Source: the human T2T-CHM13v2.0 reference genome, Homo sapiens. Taken from it: a DNA stretch of 64,000 nucleotides. Where the stretch lies: the NCBI RefSeq assembly GCF_009914755.1, contig NC_060929.1. One strand, given 5' to 3'. Position 1 is the stretch's first letter, and each line of letters opens with the position of its first letter. The position numbers were made by a program, and so were the translations under genes. Below are positions 34,952 through 52,065 of the stretch, piece by piece. The notes beneath the pieces are model-generated. The model did not search any database, had not been told where the DNA came from, and saw nothing but the letters and a program-made list of their open reading frames with translations.

Positions 34952-35809
34952 TGTAGGGAGAACCCCTGAAACTATCACTACAGAATAAAAGATGAAATGC
35001 TCCTGAGTATTGTAAATACAAAATTGCATGCAGGATTGTGTAAAGACAATGCCAGGTTGGACTGCCAGAATGAGCCAACAGCGTGTGACGTGCTTCCCCC
35101 TGCAGAGAGCCTATGAATGGATGTGCGGTCAGGGAGGTTTCACATCACCAAGATTCCTATCCCAGAAAAGCAGATGTTCATGGCTCTGGGAATGGAATGC
35201 GACCCTTGTGAAGAGCCTATAAACGGATGCATGAGGGGCACCTGTCCATATGGATAAGTTAGGACTATAAACGCCCTCATCTTGCCACGGCTCTTCTAGG
35301 CCTCTTTAGGGTTAAGGCATACTCCCTTCTGAGAATTTTTGGTTTAACCGGTTGTCTAGCTTCACATCCTGTTTCTATGGAATGTTTGTAACCAGCTTTT
35401 GCTGCAACTGTTACTGCTGATTAATATCTGCTATGGAAAGACTGTTTCTGTTTTAAGGCTCTGTTAGAAAAACTGATGCACACACTATATTGTAAATTCT
35501 TATCTCTGTATAGTGTACTTCTGCATACAGAGGTTATGTTAAAGAATTACTTCATCCCCATGTAACCGTCTCACTTCATAATCAAATGACCCTAAATCCC
35601 TCACTAACCTATCCCTGCCCTCACTAAACTTAATAATAAATGCTGGCATATCCAGTGCATTGGTGGCACCACGGGACCAGAAGGCAGTGACCCCCCTGGA
35701 CCCAGCTTTCACTATCTTGTGTGTGTCTATTATTTCTCGACCTGCCGATCTGCCTGGGACAAAGAAAGAGCCCCATTGCATTGCAGGCTGCTGGCCAGAT
35801 CCTGCAGTA
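34952..35809 (+). mobile_element. Solo ERVK-class LTR, MER11D-like
   Basis: 858 bp beginning TGTAGG, with a perfect 6-bp TSD tgtggg at 34946-34951 and 35810-35815, TATA-like ctataaa and AATAAA at about 35635. Resembles the recalled MER11D consensus. Confidence 0.85.
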
Positions 35810-35984
35810 TGTGGGCATGGTCTGGATATTAGATACACAGAACAAAATGACCTGACACACTCTTTATGCCCAAGATAGTTAACAAAATGCTGTCTATCTC
35901 ACATATTTCCTCTCTTCTTAGGGGCATTGAGAGGTGGTCTCTTCCTGTATATTATTTTTTTCTTTGGATTAAAGATCAGATTAC

Positions 35985-37497
35985 TTTTTTTTCCTTTTAT
36001 TTTAAGTTCAGGGGTACATGTGCAGGTTGTGAAGGTTTGTTACATAAGTAAATGTGTTTCATGGGGGTTTGCTGTACCAATTATTTTATCACACAGGCAT
36101 TATCCTAGTATCCATTATTTATTTTTTATGATCCTCTCCCTCCTTCCAACCTCCATCCTCCAATAGGCCCCAGTGTGTGTTGTTCCCCTCCATGTGTTGA
36201 TGTGTTCTTATCATTTAGCTTGCATTTATAAGTGACAACATGTGGTATCTTGTTTTCTGTTCCTGCACTAGTTTGCTAAGAATAATGGCCTCCAGCTCCA
36301 TCCATGTTTCTGCAAAGGACACAATCTCATTCTTTTTATGGCTGCAGAGTATTCCATGGTGTATTTGTACCACATTTTCTTTATCCAGTCTAGCCTTGAT
36401 GGGCATTTGGGTTGGTTCCAAGTCTTTCCTATTGTGAATAGTGCTGTGATGAATATACATGTGCATGCGTCTTTATAATAGAATGATTTATATTCCTTTG
36501 GGTATATACCCAGTAATGGGATTGCTGGGTTTAATGATATTCCTAACTTTGGGTCTTTGAGGAATCGCTACACTATCTTACACAATGGATGAACCAATTT
36601 ACATTCCCACCGACAGTGTAAAAGCATTCCTTTTTCTCCACAACCTCACCAGCGTCTATTATTTTTTGATTTTTAGTAATAGCTTTCTGACTTGTGTGAG
36701 ACAGTATCTCATTGTAGTTTTGATTTGCATTTATCTAATGTTCAGTGATGTTGACCTTTTTTTCATACGCTTGTTGGCCGCATGTATGTCTTTTGACAAG
36801 TTTCTGTTCATGTACTTTGCCCACTTTTTAATGGGGTGTTTTTCTAATTTGTTTAATCTCCTTGTAGATGCTGGATATTAAACCTTTGTCTGATGCATAG
36901 TTTGCAAAAATTTTCTCCCACTCTCTACATTGTCTTTTTTTTCTGTTGATAGTTTCTTTGGCTGTGTAGAAGCTCTTTAGTGTAGTTAGATCCCATTTGT
37001 CAGTTTTTGCTTTTGTTGCAATTGCTTTTGGTGTCTCTGTCGTGAAAGCATTAGCCATGTCTATGTCCTGAATGGTATTCCCTAGGTAGTCTTCCAGGGG
37101 GTTTTTATAGTTTTGGATTTTACACTAAAGTCTTTACTCCATCTTGAGTTAAAGTATAAATAAGGGGTCCAGTTACAATTTTCTGCATATTGCTAGCCAG
37201 TTATCCCAGCACCATTTGTTGAATAGGGAATCCTTTTCCCATTGCTTGTTTTTGTCAGGCTTGCCAAAAATCAGAGAGTTGTTAAGTGAACAGTTTTATT
37301 TCTGGGTTCTTTATCTGTTCCATTGGTCTAAGTGTCTGCTCTGCACCAGTACCATGCTGTTTTGGTTACTGTAGCCCTGTAGCATAGTTTGAAGTTGGAT
37401 AGTGTGATGCCTCCAATTTTGTTCTTTTTGCTTAGAATTGGCTTGGTTATTTGTGCTCTTCTTTGGTTCAGTATGAATTTTAAAATAGTTTTCTCTA
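35985..37497 (-). mobile_element. L1PA13-16-like 3' fragment
   Basis: ttttaagttcaggggtacatgtgcagg 3' end and degraded ORF2 C-terminal translations ([14 protein letters not shown]). Confidence 0.92.
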
Positions 37498-37851
37498 TTT
37501 TCAAATAAATATATTACAAGAAACATTAATGCAAAATTTCTCATGATTTTGTGTGAGATATAAAGACTGCATAATGTATTATACTTTAATTTCCTCCCCT
37601 TGTTATGAAATAAATATTAAAATAACCTTTCAGAAATAAGAAGGTCAAAGTCTTAGAGTACTATGCTCTTCTAGAGATAATTTATTTATTTTATCCTTTT
37701 CAAATAAAGCAAAGAATTTGATATGGTAGGCCAAGAAATTTCCAAGGTTCATGAGGCACCATCTTTCACATATATTTAGCAGGTGATCAAAAATATAACA
37801 CCGAAATAATTGAATAGCACTAGAAGAGTAACTAGTTTGGAGATACTAATA

Positions 37852-41989
<4,138 letters not shown>

Positions 41990-42999
41990 TACTCACAACA
42001 TGATTACTTCTATTTTTCTCAGGACATCAAACGTCACAGGAAGGAATTTCTATCTAGATTTGTTTGCCTCCTATCTAAAGAGGGTTATCTGCCTCTGAAC
42101 AGACTATTCTTGAGTTTAAATAAAAAACACAGTGGCAAGGTTTTTTTTTTACAGGTAAGAGGATAGGAAATGTAACAAAAGTAGTTTATGATATATGATA
42201 TGTAGAGTGGGTGAGTTTTCCAAATACATGTTCAACAAGCCTTTAAAACAGCCAGCCACATATTAGGATGTATAGATAATCTCCTGAGAAATATCTTTAC
42301 TAAGAAGAAAAGTCAAAAGTTTGACAGATATCTAACTATAGATGTCATACATGTCCCTGTCAGTTGTAAAAAGTAAGAATGTTTATTGCAAACACAGTAT
42401 CTGATAAAATGTCTGAAAAATGTTTGAAAGACTAACAGCTGACAAACAAAGCAATGTGCAAGTAAGATCTGCTGCTGAAAGGATAGTAAAAGAAGTGCTA
42501 TATTTGAACACCATAAGCGAGAGAGTTGGGAGAATGAGGAAATATAAAGTATCTGCAATCACAAGGTACCTATTAGGCCTGATTCTGCCATTTTCTAGGA
42601 TTGGGACTTTGCCTCAGTCATTAACCTCTCTGAGCTTATTTCTCTTTTGTAAACAAACAAATAAATGACAGAAAATAGTCATATTATACTCAGGGACTGA
42701 GTTACTTAAGAACATGTTTTTTCAAAACTTTTGCAATTCAAGGTCGAACCTGGATCAATTCTCTAGACATTTCTGTTTACCAGCTTCAGCACCATTGTCA
42801 CGACTTGATTCATCACATATAAATGGTTAAACCTTCAGATTTCTTTGGAAAATATTGTCTACCAAAGCCCAAGTTAAAAATAGCAAATACAAATAAACTT
42901 TATCAACATGAAAATATAAACAGTAGCAAAAATCACAATGTTAATGCTCATTGTAAATGTTTATTGGGGGCTTAATATTTATCAGGTTTTTTAGAAATA

Positions 43000-43252
43000 A
43001 GTTTTACTGTGTGTACTTAAGGTACACAACATGATGTTATGGAATATATGCAGATAGTAAAATGATTACTATGCTGAAGCAGATTAGCATACCCATCATC
43101 TCAAATAGTTATCTATTTTGTTGTTGTTTTGTGGATAGCACAGCTAAAATCTACCCATTTAGTGTGAATCCCAGATACAGTACAATTGTGTTACTTAAAG
43201 TCCTCAAGTTGTGCATTTGATCTCTAGACTTGTTCATTTTATGTATCTGTTT
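43000..43252 (-). mobile_element. L1MA-like 3' end, apparently inserted in a MIR
   Basis: ttaaggtacacaacatgatgtt ... gatctctagacttgttcat, with MIR-like flanks. Confidence 0.75.
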
Positions 43253-44158
43253 TTCAGGATTCATATGCATCATCTCATTAGGTCCTCACAGCAGCTCTGT
43301 GACTTAAAGGACTGTTGTCTCTATTGTCTAAACCTATACAGGAATTGACAAAGGCAAGATATGGATCCGAAAAGCCTGACTCTGGAGTTTGGAATGTTAG
43401 CCATGATACCAGCAACATTTCATACAGCCATATGCTGGTCTTGAAAGCCTTTACCATGTTACAAAATTTGTTTTTCTTAATAGAAGCACCTGTTACATGG
43501 AAAGGCCTCACGTATTTCTGGTACTGATCACTATTTTTCTCTTCTTATGCCTCTCTAATTATGTGCCCATCAGAATAAAATCTTATTTAGGTGCAATCAT
43601 ATATTTTTCATTTTTTGAATGCCCAAAATATTTTTCATAGTGAATCTTGAATAATATACTTAACAAATACTAAAAACATGATATATAATATTCACCTCTA
43701 TTCCAAGGGACAGAGTACTTAAGTGTATCAAAACCAAATTTTCCTCTATCTGCTTTATACAAAGTCTACTTGCCTTCAGTGAATGACCACCTGAAAAACT
43801 AAATTAGAACAAGCTTATTACATTACAAAATTATTTTTGAATATGTAAAAGCAAGCAGTTCTCAGGGCCATTTTATATAATACTCCTTGTACTATTTAAC
43901 ATTTCTAAAACAATCAACATGCTGAGAATATTTCTATGCTCAGTTTGTCTCAGAACGAATGGTCTTTCAGAATATTAGAGAACACTTGAAGATGTGCTTT
44001 GCAAAGCAAATGCAAGCTTTGAATTTTCAATCTGTCCTTTTAACCTCTGATCATGTCACGGAAAACAATATACTTTAGCACTTCAGTTATTGTCCTAGGT
44101 AAGTAATAACTGTCATTTGAATCATTAAAACATGTTAAGTCATTACATTTCATTATAG

Positions 44159-44479
<321 letters not shown>

Positions 44480-45579
44480 CATTATAAGAGTTCTTGCTAG
44501 AGAGTTACATTAGTTATCAGACTTTTTGCATCAGACATAATAGAAGATTAATTCTCAACCACTCTGTCTTTAAGTTTGCATGATTCCTTATCTACAATGA
44601 CAAACAAATGCCATTTTCAGTGGGTAATTTCTCATTTTGGAGGAGATTAAAAGGATGAAAAATAGCAATAAAAGCTTTTGTGTGGAGAGTTCCATAGCAT
44701 GCAAATGGATATGGTGAACATTACTTTTTAATAAATGAAGCACCATCATGATGGTTTGGAGGAATGCTAGCCGTACTTAACATATCCATCCATCTCAGTG
44801 TTCTTACGTTTATTCTGTTTAGAAGATGGCTAAATCTCAGTGGAGAAAGCCTTAATTTCCTTTCAAATGTCATTGGCTTGGAATGCTTTGATCATGCTGA
44901 GATACGTCCAACCCCTGTCATGGCAATTCTCTGATGATTTCAGGCTGATTTGCTTTGTACATCAAAGGCAGGGAAAGACCATTCTACAACACATGATTTT
45001 GGCTGCACATTTTGAAGTCTCTTGAATACTCATGAGCTATATTGTTATAAGAAGTGGACCACTGTTACACACTTAGAAAATATGGTGACTAGTTGTATCC
45101 CAGACATTCTCTTGCTATTTCTGAAAAGCAAGGATTCTTATGTCTCTTTCTCAATTATTTTATTATTATGTTCAAAATAAGTAAGCTACTTTAAAACTAT
45201 TACAAAACATGATTTCTAGGTAATGTTCGGATAACATCAAATTTTGATATCATCATATTGTCATAACATAAAACTCTAAATAATAGAAAATTGAAACTCA
45301 AGGACTATAATAAGAGTGATGATCACAATGTTTATAAATCCACCAGTATCAGCTCTTACATTTTGAATACTGTAATAAATCGTATTCTAGGAAATAGTAA
45401 TAACTCTTGGTTACTCTAATTCTATTCTTTTATTTCAGGATGTAAGTCTCCTGTAGATCTTTGATACTTTAATTTTTGCTCTTGGTCTTTTGGTCAGTTT
45501 ATTCAAGGTGTGTTTAGTGGCCAGGTAATTAACAGAAAAAAAAATAGAAAAGTGCATGAAGTTAAAATTAGCCAACTAA

Positions 45580-45883
<304 letters not shown>

Positions 45884-47049
45884 AAACTAGTATCTTTAAA
45901 AGAACAATAAATTTACAGAAACTTTCATCTATTGATTCTGATAATAATAAACCAGAATTCTGGAAAATGCAATATTTCTACTTCCTATCATCACCATTAT
46001 CACCATCATTAGAGATGAAAGATAAGCAATGTTAGTAATAGCAGTGTTAGAATATAGCTGTGTGCAATAGATTATCAAAATAGAAACCATGGCTGGTATT
46101 TATTGGGCACTTCCAATGTAGTCGGTATTTTTTTAATACATAGTTTTCAGAACTGTCCTGCTAATTATATTGAATTATTATCATGATATTACAGATGAAG
46201 AAACTGGAAGTCTGATAAACTGTCTAGAGTTCAATGGCAGATGATCATCAGAGCCTGTATTTTTTAACTTTTGTGCTCTACTCTCTCCTGTGTAGAATAT
46301 TATACCTTCACTAGGATTGAGCTATCTGATAATATTTTTAAAGTTTCCCCAATAATACTTTGTTTTTTCCTCCTGAAAAATCTGTTCTAATTATGGAATA
46401 ATCTAGTCAAATATTCAAAAATATCCTTACTATATCTTGGGGTGGGAGGTGTACAGTTGTTTTCTAAAGATTTTAAAATGGCTATAATAAAACAATGATT
46501 CTATTACTTTAAAAGTATGTAAATATTTACTACTTGTTTAATTTTGAGTGTTTCTTTTTAAACCTTTTTGGTTTTTTTTCACGTCAGAAATATATATATG
46601 TTTTATGACATACATCAACTGATAGAATTTTATGAAATTTCATGTTTGAAAATCTCAGATGATTACAGCATATTCCCAAATTCAGTATGATAGCCGCCAT
46701 TAAATCTTATATATACTCCAGTCACTGATGAAAGCCTGTAAACCTAATTATATGTTGTGATTCTTTAGTAATTCATTAGAAAAGGAGTATTTTAAATAGT
46801 ATTTGGTGAAGTCCCTATAAATCTCATGACAGTAATATTCAGCAACTACATTTACTTATTCAGTGAGTCATCTTCAGATTTCGTAACTTAGCAAACTACA
46901 CATATACCAATTGAATGTTTGTGTGTGTTGGTTGAACTGAATCATAAACATGGAAAAGACTAAAAGATAAGATATACCTAAATATTTTAGAAATATGAAA
47001 ATATAATGCAATGCAGTTTTAAAAATTATGTACTACTTAATGTACTGCT

Positions 47050-48410
47050 ATTTTTTATTTTTTTTGGATTCGGGGGGTACATGTGAAAGTTTGTTACATG
47101 GGTATATTGTGTAATACTGGGGTTTGGGCTTCTATTGAACCCATCACCCAAATAGTGAATATATTATCATTATCCAATAGGTAATTTTGCAACCCTTTCC
47201 CCCATCTTTCCCTCCTTTCTTTGGGAGTTACCAATGTCTATTGTTTCTGTCTTTATGCCAGAAGTAATGAGTACCCAATGTTTTAACCCCCATTTATAAG
47301 TAAGAACATGTGGTATTTGGTTTCCTGTTGCTGTGTTAATTTGCTTAGGATTAAGACCTCCAGCTTCATCTGTGTTGCTGCAGAGGATATGATTTCATTC
47401 TTTTTATGGCTGAATAGTATTCCATGGTATATGTGTGCCACATATTCTTTATCCAATCCACTGTTGATAGGCACTTAGGTTGATTCCATGATTTTGCTAT
47501 TGTGAACACTGCTGGGATGAACATACAAGTGTGGTTGTTTTTTTTATATAACAATGTTTTTTCTTTTTCTAGATACCCAGTAGTGGAATTGCTGGATCAA
47601 ATGATAGTTCAACTTTTACTTCTTTGAGATATCTTCAAACTGTTTTTCATAGAGGTTGTACTAATTTACATTTCCACCAACAGTGTGTAAGCATTCCCTT
47701 TTTTTCTGCATCCTCACAAAATCTGTTATTTCTTGACATTTTTATAATGGCCATTCCGAGTGGCATGAGACGGTATCTCATGTGGTTTTAATTTGCATTT
47801 CTCTGATGATTCGTGATGTTAAGCATTTTTTCATATGTTTGTTGGCCGCTTGTATGTCTTCTTTTGTGTGATGTCTGTTTATGTCCTTTGCCCGCTTTTC
47901 AAAGTGGTTGTTTCTTTCTTGTTGATTTGTTTAAGTTCCTTATAGATTCTGAATATTAGTCTTTGTCAGATGCAGAGTTTACAAATGTATTCTCCCATTC
48001 TCTAGGTTGTCTGCTTGTTCTCCTGATTGTTTCTTTTGCTGTGCAGAAGCTCCTTAGTTTAAGTCCCATTTGTCAACTTTTGGTTACTTTGCGTTTGTCT
48101 TTGAGGTCTTACTCATAAATTCTTTGTTCAGGCCAATGTTCAGAAGAGATTTTCCTAGGTTTTCTTCTAGGACTTTTATAGTTTGAGGTCTTACATTTAA
48201 GCCTTTGATTCATCTTGAGTTAATTTTTCTATATGGCGAAAGGTAGGGGTCCAGTATCATTCTTCTGCATATTGCTAGCCAGTTTTCCGAGCACCATTTA
48301 TTGAATAGGGTGTCCTTTCCTTATTGTTTATTTTTGTTGACTGTCGAAAATCAGTTGGCTGTAGATGTGTAGCTTTATTATTCTGTGTCCATTTTTATAC
48401 CCATACCATG
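47050..48410 (-). mobile_element. L1PB-like 3' fragment
   Basis: gggggtacatgtg...gggtatattgtgtaat...gaacccatcacccaaatagtgaa 3' end and ORF2 C-terminal remnants (FTIAKSWNQPKC). Confidence 0.9.
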
Positions 48411-49417
48411 CCTTTAAATACATTAGAAAATGAGTAGAGTGGTTTAAACAAAGATAATTGGGTATAAAGATGTAATACTTTAATACTAAATTCTATTTAT
48501 AATAATTATTGTAATTGTTCTTAAGCCTTATGAAACATGAATGGTTAAAACTGTATTTAAGCTTTTATTTTAGAACTTGTTTTATTATTAACAATTCTAT
48601 TTTGCATTTGTAGTGTGCTTCAAAAATAATTTCATAAAATAATGAGTCACCTGTTAAATATATAATAAGAATGATCTGAAAGCTAAATAAGTGAACTCTT
48701 CAGACATTATTGGTGAGAATTTACTGTTGTGAACTAGTTGATTACCCACTCCGAGTATATGAATGTGATTGGTTATAGAAAATCCAAACCACAGAGCTCA
48801 TTGTCAACTGTGTTTCTTTAATTAAACTATTATGAGATTATTAAAGTATCATGTTGTATAGACCTTCAATGGTGCTGAAAAGCAATGTCTCACCCATTTA
48901 CAAATTATACACAATACGTGTTATCTTACCTGTATATTACTGTATTACATTTACATATATTTAAATATATGTTTACATTATGTGTTATTAATATAATGCA
49001 TAAAACATACAAATATATTTATAATACATTACACATGTTATAAATTTGATATCTAGTATATATTATATATCTTTAAAATCACAATATATTTTATTTATTT
49101 TATTTTGTGATATTGCTGAATTAAGAGGTATTTGAGGAAGGAGAGGTGATGCCCTAGATGTGTATGTTGTAATTTCAGAAATATTAAAATATGGAAAAAA
49201 ATGTTCATCTTGGAAGCCAGGTACATGAAATATATTCCTCCAATTGCAAATCTGAGCCCAGATATAATTTTTTGTGAGATTTTGGAAACTATGCATTCAC
49301 TTAAGAATTTCTTCATTTACACTGCTTCTTTGAAATTAGTCAGTTTGTTATATTCTACGAAAAGCCCATGATCCTCATGAGTGGTGAGTGTTATCAAATC
49401 TTAAGAATGTTATCAGA

Positions 49418-49745
<328 letters not shown>

Positions 49746-51298
49746 CTAATTTCAAAATGAAATTATGTATTTAAGCTATGTGTGCTTGCTGCACATTTCT
49801 ACATTGTTAACAATAGTTTTGTAACAATTGGTTTCTTCAACAATTTACCAGGAAACGGCCCCTCTTTGTTTCACTCTTGGCTCTATGGAAATGGTCTTTG
49901 TATGAAATCTGGAATCCATTCCCAGTATAAAGGCAAGCTGACTGGCACCAAGTCTATGAAGCTGAACATTTATTCAGTATACTTAGCCAAAACAACTCAC
50001 TTATCAGGGAAAAACAATCATCTGGGACTGCAAATTGGTTTTCCATGTTGATTATAGTGACATTAAGTAGAAATGACTTCAGTTTCCATGTTTAATTGTT
50101 ATCTAGTCCCCTCCTGATCATAAGTAGAAATTATACCAACTCTTATTCAAATATCAAGAAAAAGCTTTTTAGAAATTATTAAAGGAAGTGTCTACAAGTA
50201 CACAAGTATATACAATCAAAAAAGACAAAAAATTACATTTGGACATTGCTATTTGACCTATTTTCTTCATCTAAATGGTACCCAATAGAAAAATGTAAAT
50301 TTATGCTTCAAGATAATATGGAGGGCTAGTACTGTATATTACTTGTTGCCCATGGAGCTGAAAAAATCCTCTTTTAAGTAACCATTTAATATATTTATTG
50401 TATTGTCTTCTTTAGTGAAGGCTTTACTACCATTTAATGGTTCTTTAAGTATCACTTAATGAACATATATTATGTATGCCTGTCATAATTTCTATTTGCA
50501 ATATATATACATATACTATATAATAGATATTATATATAAAATAGAAAGTATGTATAACACTTGGATTAACTCATATTACAGCATATGTATTATATTTCCC
50601 ATTTAATAGATAGGAAAACTTAAGATTAGGGAGATTCTTTGTACATTTATTAATTTATCATTTAAATATTGAGCTTTCTCTTGCCAATACAATTTGCTAG
50701 GAAATACATTAGAGTTAAAAAGCAAATGAGTTTGTTTTAATTTCGATATCTCTGAGCCCAGTACCTAAGGCAGTTGGTTTTTTAACATGCTCAATAATAT
50801 AATACCAAATTGAATCCAGCTTCCAAAAACTGTGTGTTTGTATCATAACTTGTGCATGAATGAAATATACTAACAAGTTAATGTAAATCCACAGAAAAGT
50901 CTATGTACTGTCAAAATATTTTTCTTGTAATTTTTATCTTCAGACTACTTAAATAAAAACTCATTCAATTTGATTTAGGGTATATATTATTTCCACACAT
51001 ATCTATGGGAGATGTTTACAAAGATGCAGCAAATTGGAATTTGGTTTGGGCCTTGAATTGCTCTTGGATTATAAAAGGAGAAAAACCTTGTGTTGCTTTA
51101 ACATATAACAAAGGTTTTATTAATATTCTGAGAAGCTATGTACAATGTGTAAATGGAAATCTCTCTTTGCAGCATTCTTTCGTGGTTCTAAATTGTGCCA
51201 TGACTGAGGTCATGCCATGATGTTTAGCATGGTTTGTAAAACTCTAATAGCTTCGCTTTTTTGACAGATTTTTCATTTAAATATTTGGCTCCACTTAC

Positions 51299-51349
51299 AT
51301 AGGACGTTGCCATCATTTGTAAGCTTCCCTCTTTTTTGTCTTGTAATCT
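51299..51349 (-). other. Candidate 51-nt cassette exon (host gene unknown)
   Basis: Minus strand tttttcatcctgcag|AGATTAC...GTCCTAT|gtaagt. Length is a multiple of 3 and two frames are open. Confidence 0.3.
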
Positions 51350-51920
51350 CTGCAGGATGAAAAATGTTCTGATGCTATGGAAATTATTCTAGCACAGATG
51401 CATTTAGATTGTGGAAATTGCTTTGGGTTGTTTAAAGCAAGACTTTTTTTATTGTTTCCATGATGATCGGATGCTTCATTAACCCCTTTATTGTTGACAT
51501 CCTATGGAGACTCGATATGTAGTCTTAATTATTTTAAAAGACAATTCTTTGTTATTTAGCTGGTGATTAAAAACACATTAAAAGATGGCACAGAAAGACT
51601 ATTTTTGTTCATTACCCAATCTAAAAATCTAATCATGTAGTAAGAGACTAATTTTCACATAATTCTTAAAACAATAAGTACACTACTGTAGGAATTATTT
51701 GTGCTGCCTATATCAGTTAACCAAACTGCACCAGAGAGAGTGAGACAGTGATTATTTTCTATTAATCAAATGGAAAAGTCAAGAGTAGATACCTCTGTCA
51801 GTGCTTTTAAGAAAGTGAGTGAATTTGTGAGATGAACCTAAATTATTTGAATGTAAGTATAACAAATTCAAGGAAGAAAAACAATGCACTGAAAACATAT
51901 GAAGTCAACTTAAAAGAAAC

Positions 51921-52065
51921 AGCCCAAGGGTGATGACTCACATCTGTAATTCCAGCAATTTGGGAGGTTGAAACTGGAGCATTGCTTCAGCCCAGGAGTT
52001 CAAGACCAGCCTGGGCAACATAGCAAGACCTCAACTCAAAAATAATAAAATAAAAATTTTTAAAA
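51921..52065 (+). mobile_element. FLAM-like Alu monomer
   Basis: Degenerate left monomer with A-rich tail. Confidence 0.8.

Noticed and set aside
42785-42802. REST/RE1-like ttcagcaccattgtcac
   Set aside because: Only the left half-site matches. The GGACAG half is degenerate.
44085-44105. Second AG|GTAAGT (possible ratchet site or 12-nt exon)
   Set aside because: Weak polypyrimidine tract and no downstream RS-exon donor noted. Expected by chance.
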